Both the position numbers and the translations under genes were made by a program. A model generated the notes under the pieces. The model was not told the DNA's origin. It made no database searches and was given only the letters and a program-made list of their open reading frames with translations. Source: Mustelus asterias (Eukaryota). From it: DNA of 64,000 nucleotides. This document shows, piece after piece, positions 1 to 13,375 of this stretch (position 1 is the first letter of the stretch; each line of letters begins with the position of its first letter). The DNA is taken from the NCBI RefSeq assembly GCF_964213995.1, contig NW_027590427.1, forward strand, positions 186,001 through 250,000. The letters run 5' to 3'.

Positions 1-440
1 ATGTACAACTCTAGCCGTGTGAACCATATACAACTTGTATAGCAGCAACATAATCCTTTGGTAGCAACTTCCAAACACATGGCAAGGGCAGCAGATGCAG
101 GAGAATACAATTGCCTGAAAATGCTCATGAAACCTCCACACCGTCTTGACTGGGATCTATATCACTATTTTTTCAGTGTCAGTGGATGAAAATCTTGCAA
201 CTCCCTTCCCATCAGCACTGTATGTGTACTTGCTCATAGAGAATGCAATGATTTAAGAAGAGGGCTCACTGGCACATTCTCAAAGGAAAAATTAGAAGGG
301 GCAACAAATCCTACGTTACCAGTGACAGCAAAACCTCATTAAATGATTTTGAACAGGTCATATATCTTATTACGTTCAACTAGCCCCCACGTCTGTTTGT
401 ATTGCAACAGGCCATGTCCCAGCCACATTACAGCATGTCC

Positions 441-1625
441 TAGAACATAGAAGATAGAAAAACAACAGCACAGACAGGCCCTTCGGCCCACAAGTTGTGC
501 CGAACACGTCCCTACCTTCTAGACCTACCTATGACCCTCCATCCTATTAAGCTCCATGTACTCATCCAGGAGTCTCTTAAAAGACCCTATTGAGTTCGCC
601 TCCACCACCACTGACGGCAGCCGTTTTCACTCGCCCACCACCCTCTGTGTGAAAAACTTACCCCTAACATCTCCCCTGTACCTATCCCCCAGCACCTTAA
701 ACCTGTGTCCTCTCGTAGCAGACATTTCCACCCTGGGAAAAAGCCTCTGAGAGTCCACCCGATCTATGCCTCTCAACATCTTATACACCTCTATTCGGTC
801 TGCTCTCATCCTTCGTCTCTCCAAGGAGAAAAGACCGAGCTCCCTCAGCCTATCCTCATAAGGCATGCCACTCAATCCAGGCAACATCCTTGTAAATCTC
901 CTCTGCACCCTTTCAATCTTTTCCACATCCTTCCTATAGTGAGGCGACCAGAACTGAGCACAGTATTCCAAGTGGGGTCTGATGAGGGTCTTATATAGCT
1001 GCATCATTATCCCCGGACTCCTAAACTCAATTCCTTGATTGATAAAGGCCAGCACACCATACGCCTTCTTAACCACCTCCTCCACCAGCGGGGCCGATTT
1101 TAGAGTCCTATGGACCCGGACCCCAAGGTCCTTCTGATCCTCTGCCGTACTAAGAGTCTTTCCCTTTATAATGTACTCCTTCATCCCATTTGACCTATCA
1201 AAATGGACCACGACGCATTTATCTGGGTTGAAGTCCATCTGCCACTTGTCCGCCCAGTCTTGCATCCTATCTATGTCCCTCTGTAACTTCTGGCATCCCT
1301 CCAGACTATCCACATCCCCACCAACCTTTGCGTCGTCGGCAAACTGACCAACCCATCCCTCCGCTTCCTCATCTGTGTCATTTCTGAAAATTACAAACAG
1401 CAAGGGTCCCAGAACAGATCCCTGGGGCACACCACTGGTGACCAACCTCCAATTAGAAAAAGACCCATCTATGCACACTATCTGCCTCCTTTGGGCAAGC
1501 CAGTTCTGGATCCACCGGGCAGCAGCCCCTTGGATCCCATGCCATCTCCCTTTTTCTAGAAGCCTTGCATGGGGGACCTTATCGAATGCCTTGCTAAAAT
1601 CCATATAAACCATATAATCCATATG
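441..1625 (-). mobile_element. 5'-truncated CR1/HER1-type LINE, RT C-terminal half plus 3' tail
   Basis: ORF 627..1622 has YMDFSKAFDKVPH, GVPQGSVLGPLLF, FADD and RPHLEYCAQFWSP; the reverse-complement (TTCTATG)-type tail is at ~441-460. Confidence 0.93.
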
Positions 1626-1743
1626 TCCTGTCTCTGTTAGTTCTCTACTCGGCTCATTATCAGTTGTTCATAAGTGAAGTCAAAGCCTGTTTACACGATG
1701 GTTTCTGAATTATGACTGTGCTGAAATATGTTTCAGTTAATCT

Positions 1744-2030
1744 GGGCGGCACGGTGGCACAGTGCCAGGGACCCGGGTTCAATTCCCAACATGGGTGACT
1801 GTCTGTGTGGAGTCGGCACGTTTTCCTTATGTCTGCGTGAGTTTTCTCCGGGTGCTCCGGTTTCCACTCACCGTCCGAAAGAGGTGCTGGTTTGGTGCAT
1901 TTTGGCCATGCTAAATTCTCCCTCGGTGTACTCAAACAGGCACGGGAGTGTGACCACTCGGAGTTCTTCACAGTAACTTCATTGCAGTGTGAATGAAAGC
2001 CGACTTATGACACTAATAAATAAGCTTTAA
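1744..2030 (+). mobile_element. tRNA-derived SINE (HE1-like head, TAATAAA-type tail)
   Basis: Head GGGCGGCACGGTGGCACAGTG...GGGTTCAATTCC; tail CAGTAACTTCATTGCAGTG...TAATAAATAA shared with copies at ~5955, 7000, 11007 and 44728. Confidence 0.85.
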
Positions 2031-2279
2031 ATCTTTAATCTGGGAAGAGACTGTGTCTCAATTCCTACTGCAACAGAACCTTTATCTGTGACTCCCATAC
2101 TGGAGCAACATCCTTCTTGCGTTACACAAGTTTCGGTCACTGTCATTACTCTAATGGTTCATTAGATCTAATAAAGTCGACACTGTTTTAGTTAATGCTG
2201 CACAAGTGCATGTATTTGTTTATTCAACACTGTGCCCTGCCTCTGTTATTATTGCATCATGTGATCCCTCTAATTTGCT

Positions 2280-2960
2280 GCATTGTCCATATCTCAGTGT
2301 ATGCCAGTCTAGATCACATATTAGTAATTATTCCCAATGCGCTAGACTCTTTCTGAGTTTATATCAGTCTAAATATCGTATCTCTAGTCATTAATAACAC
2401 ACTAAATCCTGTCTCAGTTTTTATCAGTCTAGGTCCTGCATCAGTAATGACCACTAACACACTGGACTCTGTCTCAGTTTATGTCAGTCCAGATTCTGTA
2501 TCAGTAATTACTGCTAATGCGCTAAGCTCTGCCTCAGTTAATATCGGTTTAGGCCTGTATCAGTAATTGACACGATATGTCTCAGTTTATATCGCGCAAG
2601 TAACTGCATTCAGTTAAATTGCACTCGACACCATCTCAGTTTTTCTTGTATTCGTTGATGTCATTCATATTTTTAAAATATTTATTTCATGGGATGTGGG
2701 TGTCTCTGGTAAGGCCAGTATTTCGCATTTAACTTCCCACAAGGCACTCGGCACGACCTCGTTTCTATTTCACTGCATCAGGCCACTGTTTATATTAAAA
2801 TAGATCCTGTCTCTGTTAATACTCCGCTTGACCAGAGCTTAGTTTATGATGCACTAGACCCAATCCCTGTTTATATGACATTTGATCCTGACTCTGTCTA
2901 TAATTCATGAGACCAGGTCACTGTTATTACTGCACTATAGTATTCCTCTGTCTGAACATT
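2280..2960 (+). repeat. Degenerate ~27-bp minisatellite with a 60-bp higher-order unit at 2281-2570
   Basis: Lines 2341, 2401, 2461 and 2521 begin in register (gctagactct/actaaatcct/actggactct/gctaagctct); base motif approximately CACTAGACCCTGTCTCTGTTTATATTA. Confidence 0.7.
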
Positions 2961-5954
2961 ACTCAACGGTTCTGTGAGGTAGAGAGATAATATAATGCAT
3001 AAATATGCTGGGCTATAAACATCTGTATTCAGCAGGATCTTGAAACGGAAAATATTGGATCGACAGTGTATGCTGCGCAGGGTTTGATATCTATTTTCAA
3101 TGCATCAGTAGAATGAGCTTTCAAATATCACTTCTTCTTTTCCAGTTCCCAACACTTGTCTCCATCCGTCAGAGTTGTATCTGTAGGAGGATGCAGAGAA
3201 TCGTGTTCCCATAGCCACTTTTCACATTATTGCACATTGTCTAGTGCAGTAATAACTGAGTCCGTGCCCAATATAAAATGAACATGGACATGGTCAAGTG
3301 CATCCAGTTTAGTACAGAGACAGGTCTACATTAATAAAAGCAGAGTCATTGTCGATCTCAATATGAACAGAGACATGGTGATGTGTAATATAAACAGAGA
3401 CAGCATCTAGTTTATTATAAACAGAAAGTACGTCCAGTGTAATGTGAACAGAGACAAAATCTTCTTTAATATAAACCGAAACAGGGATTAGTTAATTTAA
3501 CATCAGCAGAGACAGGTCACAGATGAGTGCAATATAGAGACAGGGCCTAGTGTCCCATCAAACATTCCAAGGGCAGGTGTAGCATGTGTTTAGGCACCGA
3601 ATGTAAAGCTCCCTCCACAGTGCAACATTAAACACTCCCAAGCAGGTGTAGCACGGGATAGATAAAAAGTGAAACTCCATCCACACTATCTCAATCAAGC
3701 ATTTCCAGCAAATGAAGACTGTTTAGAAACAGTAAAAACCTCTCTACACTGTCCATTGAAACAATTGGACGCTGGGACAGAAAGGGTTAGATACAGGGAA
3801 TGATCAGGAGAAAAGCTCCCTCTGTAGATTGAATTAAATCCATTTAGTTAGAGGCCTGAAAATAGGCCTGAGAGAATACATTAGCTGGAGTTTGACTTGA
3901 AGTTGTTGAGTAAAAACAATGACCCATCATGGAGAGACAAAACAAGACACAGAATCAGAGAGGAGAAAGACAAAGAGAGATAAAGCACAATAAATCGCCG
4001 CAAATATATTTGCCGTGTCCTTATATTTTGTGATTAGAGGGAATCTTTCCTAATTTTGAACATTGATAATCATAACTTGTTTTGCGCATATAACTGATGA
4101 AAACATATGTCCAAAAACAATCACGACTGAAATCCAATGATTGATTTGCATGTTTGTCTCTATTTCTGTGCTGTGTTGATGGGGAAATATTTGTTGTGTT
4201 TTTGTCAATCAATAAATCTAATCTGGGATTTCTATTTCTGTGTTTATTTACATAAACACCTCACTGGTTACAATGAGATGTTCATGGCAGCAAAACCAGA
4301 TAAACCGTCATTTATTCATTAGTTTCAATTCAAAATAGCGGTTTCTTTTAAGTATATTGGCAGCAGGTTCAAAATCAATAGAAGCTTCGTGAATACCCAT
4401 TAGACCAGACGCTATTTAATTCAAATAAAAAAATACCCGCTAATCAAGATTTTGTTCTGTAAGTTCTGATGTCAGAATAAATAAAACATGTTTGAAAATG
4501 CTGGTATTCCACTGAATGTCAATTTGATTGATGATTTAGTCTCCTAAAACTAGATATGTTAAAACATCAGGCGGAGGAGTGACGATAATCGCATTAATCG
4601 CAGAGCTTTTAACATATCAATTCTTGCATTTTATAATAACATTTGGAAAGGCCTTGCATTTTTATAACGCTTTACCTGACCTTAGGTCGTCCCAAACCAT
4701 TTAAAACTCACTGATATATTTTGCTGAAGTTATTCACTGCTGTAATATTGGACAGACAGCAAGTATTTGGTGCACAGCAAGCTCCCACAAAGCGAGATGT
4801 GATAAACGAACAGTCATTTTGTGATTTTAGTTGAGGAATGAGTGGCCAGGTTACTGGGCAGAACAGTCCTGTTATATCGAATTTCATCAATGAGATTTTA
4901 CATTCTGTCATCGGCCTGAAATGAGAATCTGTTTCACCCACTGCTAATGCCCGCTGACCTGCCTTTTTTGTTGTTTTACTTTTAGATTTCCGGAAGTCGC
5001 AGTAGTTTGCACTGTTCTATTCATTCTCTGGATATGGGCATCACTGACAAAGTCAGCATTAATTGCCCATACTGAGAAGGCGGTTGCGAACTACCTTTTT
5101 GAAATTATTGCCCTCTGTTTGGTTTTATTTGTGTTTGACTTTCTGCAGCAGCTTTGAAACACCTGAATGGCTGTTTTGTCAATTTCAGAGGCACGTAAGG
5201 GTCAGCTTCATCACTGTGGAACTGGAGTCACATGTAGGACAGACAGGCTAAACATAGCTTTTATTTATTGATTCGTGGGACTTGCACATTACTGGTTGGC
5301 CAGCATTTGTTGCCCATCTCTAGTTGCCCTTAGAGGGCAGTTGAGAGTCAACCACATTTCTGTGACTCTGGAGTCACATGTAGGTCAAACAAGGTAAGAA
5401 CGGCAGATTTCATTCCCTAAAGAGACATGAGTAAACTCGATGGGTTTTTACAACTATCAACAATGGTCTCATAGTCATCAATAGATTCTTAATTCCAGAT
5501 AGTTTTTATTGATTTCAAGTTCCACCATCTGCCGTGGCGGGATTTGAACTCAGGTCCTCAGAACATTGACTGAACATTAGGTGCATAGAAATTAGGAGCC
5601 GGAGGAGGCCAGTCGAGCCTGATCCACCAGTCTTCATGATTATGGGTTATTTCCGATCTCAAGGCCACATTATTGGATTCTGCCCACACCCCCTGATACC
5701 ATTAAGATCTAATCACAGATCGATTTATTTCTTGAATCTATTCAGTGGCATGACATCCAAAGCCGTCAGTGCTAGAGGACTCCGTATGTTCACTCGCCTC
5801 TGAAGTGAAGAAATGTTTCCTCATTTCTGTCCTAAATTGGCTACCCTATGTCTTGAGACTGCATCCCTGGTTTGAGACTACCTAACCAGCGAAAACGTCC
5901 TTCCTTCATCTCGCCTGCTCAGCCCTGTTAGAATTCGTTTAATTATTCATAACT

Positions 5955-6272
5955 TCATTTCTTATTAATGCACAAATAGACATATACTGCAATGAAGTTA
6001 CTGTGAAAGGGCCCATGGCCACACTCCAGCGCCTGTTCAGGTACGCTGAGGGAAAATTTAGCATGGCCAATGCACCTAATCAGCACGTCTTTCTGACTGT
6101 GGGAGGAAAATGGAGCACCCGAAGGAAACCCACGCAGATAGGGGGAGAATGTGCAGTCTCTGCACAGACAGTGACCCAAGGTGGGAATCGAACCCAGGTC
6201 CCTGGCAATGAGAGGCAGCCGTGCTACGCATTGAGAGGCAGCCGTGCTCGTCACTGTGCCACTGTACCGCCC
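5955..6272 (-). mobile_element. tRNA-derived SINE (HE1-like head, TAATAAA-type tail)
   Basis: Reverse complement of the 1744 family; short internal duplication of TGAGAGGCAGCCGTGCT at the 5' end. Confidence 0.85.
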
Positions 6273-6359
6273 TCATTTGTTATGTTTTGAATGTTTCAAT
6301 CACAATTTTATGTATTTCAATCAGATCTCTTCTCATCCGGCTAAACTCGAGTGAATACA

Positions 6360-6488
6360 TGAGGTGGAGATGCCAGCGTTGCACTCGGGTGGGTACAGTA
6401 AGAAGTCTCGCAACGCCAGGTTAAAGTCCAACATGTTTATTTGGACTCACGAGCTTTCCGAGTGCTGCTCCTTCATCAGGTCAGTCAA
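6360..6488. mobile_element. Penelope-like terminal fragment with a minimal hammerhead-ribozyme motif, flanked by a 10-bp TSD
   Basis: Minus strand reads CTGATGA-AGGAGCAGCACTCG-GAAAGCTC; AGTGAATACA is duplicated at 6350-6359 and 6489-6498. Confidence 0.65.
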
Positions 6489-6999
6489 GTGAATACAGGC
6501 CCGGTCGAATCAATTTCGCCTTATAGGACAGTCCCACCAATCCGGGTATCAGCTGCACTCGCCAGAGTCCCTTTCTTAGGGAGGGAGATCAAATCTACAC
6601 GCATTACACCAGATGTGGTCTTATGAAGACCCGGCATTACTGCAGTAAGACTTCCCTAATTCCGAACTCAAATCTTCTTACAACTAAGGCCTTCCTAATT
6701 GCTTGCTGTACATACCTCTCCGATTTCATTGGTTGGTGTACAAGGATAGCCAGATCCATTTGTACATCACACTTCCAAATATATATTGTTTTGTGCTTCA
6801 CACACGTATATAACTGTACATTGAACCACGTTGTACTGCAGCTGCCACATGTTCACCCATTCACACAACTTGTCCAGATCACATTGAAGCCCCCCTGCAT
6901 CCTCCTCACAGCTCACAAGTCACTGCACCCTCCTCATAGCTCACAGTTATATATCGCCAGCCGCTTAGGACATGTTACATTTGATTTCCTTATCCAGAT

Positions 7000-7280
7000 C
7001 CCACGGTGGCACAGCGTCGGGGACCGGGTTCGGTTCCCGGCTTGGGTCATTTTCTGTACGGAGTCTGCACGTTCTCCCCGTGCTAACGTGGATTTCTTCT
7101 GGGTGCTCCCGTTTCCTCCAACAAATCCGAAGGACGTGCAGCTTAGGGACATTGGCCATGCTAAACTCTCCCTCAGTGCACCCGAACAGGCGCTGGAGTG
7201 TGGTGACTCGGGGTTTTTCACAGTAACTTCATTGCAGTGTTAACGTAAGCCGACATGTGACGAATAAATAAATAAAATAA
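7000..7280 (+). mobile_element. tRNA-derived SINE inserted in an old minus-strand CR1
   Basis: Same head and tail as the 1744 copy; (AATA)n end. Confidence 0.8.
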
Positions 7281-8584
7281 GTCGGGATCCTGAAGTACCC
7301 CATCACTCGCTGACTACCACTCGGAAAAAGACCCATGTATTTCCATTCTCTGTTTCTTATCTGTCACCGAATTCTACACCAATGTCAATACATTATTCCC
7401 GATCCCACGTGCTTTAATTTGACCTACTAATATTGTACGAGGAACCGTCTCAAACGTCTTCTGAAAGTACAAATGCACCACATAGCCTGGTTCCCTTCCC
7501 CCTCCCTATTCTATTATTTACAGCCTCAGAAAACGCAAGTATGTTTGTTACGAATTACATATCTTCCTTAAGCCCATTTTGGCTTCATCAAATTCCGTTA
7601 ATGCTTTCCAAATATTTTGCTATCATGTCTTTGATAACAGCCTCCAACATCTTCACTGATGCTAAAGTCAGGCTGTAATTCAACATTTTTACTCTCCCTT
7701 CCTTTGTACATGTTGGGATTTCATTTGTCACCCTCCAATCTATAGGAACTGATCCAGAGTGTATAGAATTTTAGAGGATGACACCAATGCACCCAATATT
7801 TTCAGGGCCATTTCCATTCATACTCTGGGATGTAGATTCTCAGGCCTTTGTGATTTATCAGCATTTCACCTCATTAATTTCCCCAGCATGATTTGCTACT
7901 AAAGCTGGTGTTCTTCAATGCCAACCAGCTCTTGGTTCCCTAACATTTCTGGGAGGATATTTGTGTCCCCTTTTGTGAAGATGGAGTCAAACATTGTGTT
8001 CTATTCATCCAACATTTCTTTGTTCCCTATTATAATTTCCCTGGATTCTGACTGGAAGCTACCTAATTTGTCTGAACTAATCTTTGTCTCTTCAGATATT
8101 CAGAGAAGCTTGTACAATTAGTTTCTCTGCTCCCTGCCATTTTACTTTCATACTCTATTTCCCCCCTCGCACATTGTGTCTTCTTTTGTTGAATTATAAA
8201 ACGTTCCAAACCCTCAGGCTTGTTGCTTCTTCTGGCAATTTTATATGCCTTAGAAATAAAAAGTAAAATTTCCTCTCCTAAAATACATCAGAGAAGACAA
8301 TGAGCTTTGCCGAAATATGATTGTTATTAATTAGACAACGATGTTTGATTCAGCTTAATCAATTAATTGAAATGAAATTCCCCAGCTGCTGGGGTGGAAT
8401 TTGAACTCTTGCCCGCAGAGCATTACTTCAAGCTTCTGGAATACATTCTTAATAATAATATTGCTATGCTACACCTTGGACTGAAATATCATCACATCCA
8501 ATAATGGAACAACTGAACATTCAGCACTTGGTCACAGGTTGTACCATGAGCTCAGGTATCTGTTGTGGGAATTGAGCACATTAC

Positions 8585-8894
8585 CAGTTGACTCAAAAAT
8601 GACGTTGATTCCACTGGGATAAGACTGTTAACCGATCACAGTTTGTGTTTTGACATGACATTGAGCTCAGTGTGTCTAAACTCTGAGATCTGTGTCCAAT
8701 ATTTCACTGATGCATTTAATTGTCAGAAGCAAGTCTTTTCTTGGCCTTGAATCTTATTCTGACACGATGCCATTGATTACTGAGAATCCATGTGAAAGTT
8801 CCATCAATTCCTAAAATGACATCGGGAAACATGCGAGGCAGAAGGTGGTGTGGAGCTTGACGTTCATCATGCATGAGCTGCACTATCAGAACAG
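8585..8894 (-). pseudogene. Possible decayed Ig constant-type exon
   Basis: 310-bp CAG...G|GTAATG segment; across frameshifts it reads TFCLA...GTFTWIL...QCHVKTQ...GINVIFEST, giving an Ig-like Cys/Trp/Cys pattern; several stops. Confidence 0.3.
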
Positions 8895-9370
8895 CTGCAC
8901 GCTGCGTTTCTTTCCTTTAGAACTGAGCAGTTTATGGGAGATTTAGTACAGAAGTTCAAAGTTATGAATGAGAATGTTTTGCTCATTAGGAAGAAAACGC
9001 TATCCATTGGCTATAGGGCCAGTATATAGAAGACCCTGCTTTATTAGTTATTAATTAACTGAATCAATCCTCTGATTACATTACACTGGTCCATGCTTCT
9101 ATTTATGTTGTACCAGACCCAGTCTTTAATGATACGGCAGTGGACCCTGTCTCTCTTTATACTACATTCGGTCGTTTTTCTCGTTATGCTACACTCGGCC
9201 ATTTCTCTATTTATCCTACATTAGGTCCTCTCAATTAGTCCTACAGTGGACCACAGATCTGATTATATTACGTCGGATCCCAACTCTTTTTATATTACAC
9301 AGGATTTGTCTCTTTATATTACATCAGAGCCTGTCTCTGTTAATCCAACATGCGACCATGAATATGTTGC

Positions 9371-9825
9371 CTGTCGAGATATTATCAATCACGATATATG
9401 TGGGTGTGCCTGTCCGATACCAATCATTCTTGTTTGAAACAGTAGGTTTATTTTTTGCTAATATTTATAAGTAGCTGTGAGAAACGTCTAATCACTCTGC
9501 TATTGTGTGGGTAATATTTAGCGTGAACGTTATAACAATTTATCAGTGATAAACTGGCATTGAGGGACAGGTTAATATGAACAATAGTGCAGTACTCTTT
9601 GCAACATATTTAGGAATCTCTGTTATGATGCATTTTATTCGTTGTAGATTGTGTTGCACTATGTCAATTTGCTGCAGATTTTAGCGATAAAGATTGTTTC
9701 GCCTGTCGTATTTTATTAATAGCATTCAACTGATACACTGGCGGTATGAGACAGAATTTTGTACTCGCAATATCGCCAGATGGGCTCCCACAGGCCAATT
9801 TTCTAACCAATGGTTAATTGTTCAT
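9371..9825 (-). pseudogene. Possible decayed Ig V-type exon (non-rearranging)
   Basis: Strong acceptor TTTTATTTCTCTCTGAAACAG; reads EPIWRYCEYKI...SVSVE(C)Y**..GETIFIAKI...KSTALLFI/NLSLNAS/YH*...WYRTGTPTYIVID with many stops and frameshifts; no RSS. Confidence 0.35.
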
Positions 9826-11006
9826 CTGTTTCAGAGAGAAATAAAACGAAATGGCCGCAGAACAAGTTATGTTTGAATAGAATTTAAATATATATATTTT
9901 CTGCAATTTCCATTCTTATCTTCAAAATTATTTTTCAGTTTGGGATGTGTTAATCTGCCCAGGCCCTAAGCTCTGTTATTCCCTCCCTAAATCTCCTTAT
10001 CTCACTTTCCTCGTCTAAATCAATGCATAAAACTGTCCCTGTATTGATCGTCCTTTTAGTAATCTGTTCAAATATCTCCTTGCTCAAAAACAAGATACTG
10101 CGGATGCATGGGATCTGAAAAATGAACTGCCAGAAACACTCTGCAGATCATTCATCATAAATGGAGTGATATTAGTGCACTTGTCCATCTCTCTCTCTCT
10201 CTCTCTCCTCCCTCAGTCAACACTGCAGTTCATCCTCTCGGATTCATAGCATTCGATCACATATCGTTATTACTGAATTAGGCTATGATTCCGAGGAACA
10301 TATTAATGGCCATTTTTGTATTATTGCTTACTATGGTACGACGATGTATATGCTTAAATTTCACTATATATTGAGTTTAGTTTTATTACACTGCCCCTCC
10401 TTCTGTTATTACTGCATTTAACCACGTAATTTTTTTTATTGCACAGGAGTTGTCTCAGTCATGTCTGTACGACACCATATCTCGTTTTATCTTTCTTTCT
10501 GCACTATATAACGCAACCTGAAGTTTAATTTATTAACGGACTGGGCCTTGATCTATAAGGGCTACAATTAACCCTGTCTCAGTTAGTACTGTACTTGACG
10601 ATGTTCGCTGCAATAGCCCATTTGGTGCAGTCTTATACAGTAATGCACTAGGCCATGCCTCTTTATGTACTGCATTTGATTCATTTGAATCATTATTGCA
10701 ATATACCTTGTATCTGTTTACATTACATTACGTGCCGCTTCCTTTATATTACATGAAGGCATGCCGTGATATATGCTACAATTAATCATTTCTGAGCTGT
10801 TGTTGCTCAGTCAATAGTCCACATATGTTACATTAGGTTCCATCTCAGATATTATTTTTGGTAGGTTGTATGTCATGCACTACTGAGCACACCCGTACCT
10901 CACGTTGCATTACATTGGGTCCGAATAAAAAAGCAGGCACTGCCTCAGTTACTAATTTCTATAAAATGCGTCTGATGGATGGAAAAAGAGGAAGACCAAG
11001 CTAGCT

Positions 11007-11295
11007 GGATGGCGCAGTGGTTAGCAGTGGTTAGCACTGCTGCCTCACAGTGCTGGGGACTCGAGTTCGATTCCTGGCTTGGTCACTATATATGTGGAGT
11101 TTGTACTTTCTCCCTGTGTCTGTGTCGGTTTCCTTCCACATTCCAAAGATGTGCTAGTTAGGTGCATTGGGAATGTCAAATTCCCCCTCAGTGTACCCGA
11201 ACAGCTGCCAGAGTGTGGCGACAGGGGGATTCTCATAGCCGCTTCATTGCAGTGCTAATGCCATCCGACATGTGACTAATAAATTAACTTTGAAT
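11007..11295 (+). mobile_element. tRNA-derived SINE (HE1-like head, TAATAAA-type tail)
   Basis: GGCGCAGTGGTTAGCAGTGGTTAGCACTGCTGCCTCACAG head and the shared tail. Confidence 0.85.
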
Positions 11296-13375
11296 AAACA
11301 GATACTAACTTAAGAAATGAAACGTATTCGTGTGGATGAAAGGGGTTGGAAGTGTGCATTTCATCTTGTTAATAAATATTCGGTGTTGCACATCATATCT
11401 AGTTGCTCACGTATTGTGTGCAATAATTTGTTGAAAGCTTGGGATGAATCTTGTAACATCCTCTTGTTCAAAAGAAATTGAGGAATACAATAAACGTATG
11501 CCACGTTGGACTGCAAATGGATACTCAGGGACAATTCAGCATGACCACTCCTCCTAACCTGCACATCTTTGGACTGCAGGAGGAAAGCGGTAAACTTGGC
11601 GGAAACCCACGCACACAATTTGCAAAAACCAGACAGACAGTTACACAAGGCCGAAGTGGACCCTCTGCCCATAACAATGTGAGGTACCAGTCATAACTCC
11701 TATGTAAATAATTGCAATTAGTTTTAAGCATTTTATGGTAATTTGTTCAGTATTTACTTGCACATTCTTTGCCTCAGTCAATGCCGAAAGTTAATGAACT
11801 GCTCTGGACGTTCTTGATTGTGATATACAGCTGGCCATTCCACTGCCAAGGCATTGCATCTTTCAAATGACTCACTGAACTTCTCTCCTCTCTTTCTCTG
11901 TCTCAGACAAGACCTAAATCGGAAAACCTCTCTTCTCTCTCTCAACCTCCTTTAGCTCACTTACAGAGGTACCCATGAGCCGGATCTGGCTACTCGTTCA
12001 AAAATGTTTAACTTTCATGCTTAAGGCAACTTGTGACTGAAAAGATGAAACACAACAATCTCAACAGAGGAAAATTCAGTGCCGGAAACAGACCAGTTCA
12101 CTCTTTTATACGCTCTCCTCCATTTCACTCACACAACACCTAACACACTTAAACTTTCTATTTTAGAACACCTGTGCGGGGAAAAATGTAGCTTTAATTT
12201 TCACTCTTTTCTCTCAGCGATAATCTTCAATCCATCTTCCTTTCAATTAACCTACCTAAACCCCAAATATGATCATTTTCTTGATTCATTAAAATGGCAA
12301 TCGAAGTGAATGTAATGCTGCGACCGGCAGCAATTCTGTAACTGTTCTTGACGCTTTCAGAATGAGTTCACCCTCGCAGGCAGGAAGACTGTTCACGGTG
12401 ATAACATTAAACTGGCCCCGTTTGTTTCATTCTCAGGTAATATAACTTCCTGATTCTTGTTGCCAGTTCCAAACCACACATCTCACTTCTGAGCAGAAAA
12501 TAAATCCAGGGGCCACAATCTGACGAGAACATCTGTCAGTGCGGCCTATATCTGTCCACAGAGCCAGGGCAGAGTTATAAAGATCACATTGTGGTGACAT
12601 TTACAAATGAGTCTGTTGTGATCTGTTCAGAGTTTCCATTCCAGGACATAACTGGATGGTCAGTGGATCAGTCACTGAGCTCTCCCAGGTTTCGTGAAGA
12701 AAGGAAATGATAGCTGTTATCTTGCATTGTTCGATCATTTTCTCTCCATCTGCTATTTATTTTTTGTTCTTCAGCTTTTATCTGTCAGCACCCCGTTTTT
12801 CTTTCTCCTAACTCTCCCGGTGTCTCTCTCTCTCTCTATCTCCTTGCCAGTGTATTGAACACTTTTATTCGTGTTCAAAATCATGACGTTTTGAGTGGGG
12901 TAATTAAAGAGAGGATATTTCAACTGGGAGGACGGTGAGCAACCAGTGGGCACAGATTTATTTTCTTGAGCAGAGAGACAGAAATGTGATTGTTTACTTT
13001 TACACAAGAGTTGTTGTGGACTGGAATGAACAGCTTCAGAGGGTGATCGAATCAGATTTCACAGTAACTTTGAAAATAAATGAGATGTATCCTTCATGGA
13101 GTAAAATGTGAAGGATTTTCGAGAACAGGTCCATTTTAATGGTTCTTATGCGTCATTGTCCTAGCATCGTTTTTGAGTCTCCCCCTGTCCTTCATTGAGA
13201 CTGAATAAGATGCAATATTTATACAGCTGTCGTCTTGTGCTCATCTTATCTTTTGGCAGCACGTGTGTGTGTGTGTGTGTGTGCGCGCGCGCGGTGGGGG
13301 GTGGGAGGGGGGGGGGATGGGAGGGTTGGTGGTGGACATTTGCCAGGGACGATTCCGAAATTCAATCATTCAATT

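Noticed and set aside
2281-2570. Regularly spaced repeats as a CRISPR array
   Set aside because: Vertebrate context, no unique spacers and no cas genes; it is a degenerate minisatellite.
3040-4545. Further minus-strand exon candidates with tyrosine-like motifs (RYQTL, TVYLVL)
   Set aside because: Too many stops and uncertain splice sites to call as features; kept only as search targets.
6623-7243. 206-aa ORF and other 60-200 aa ORFs in the track (e.g. 48857..49468)
   Set aside because: They run across SINE/LINE relics or low-complexity DNA and show no coherent protein features.
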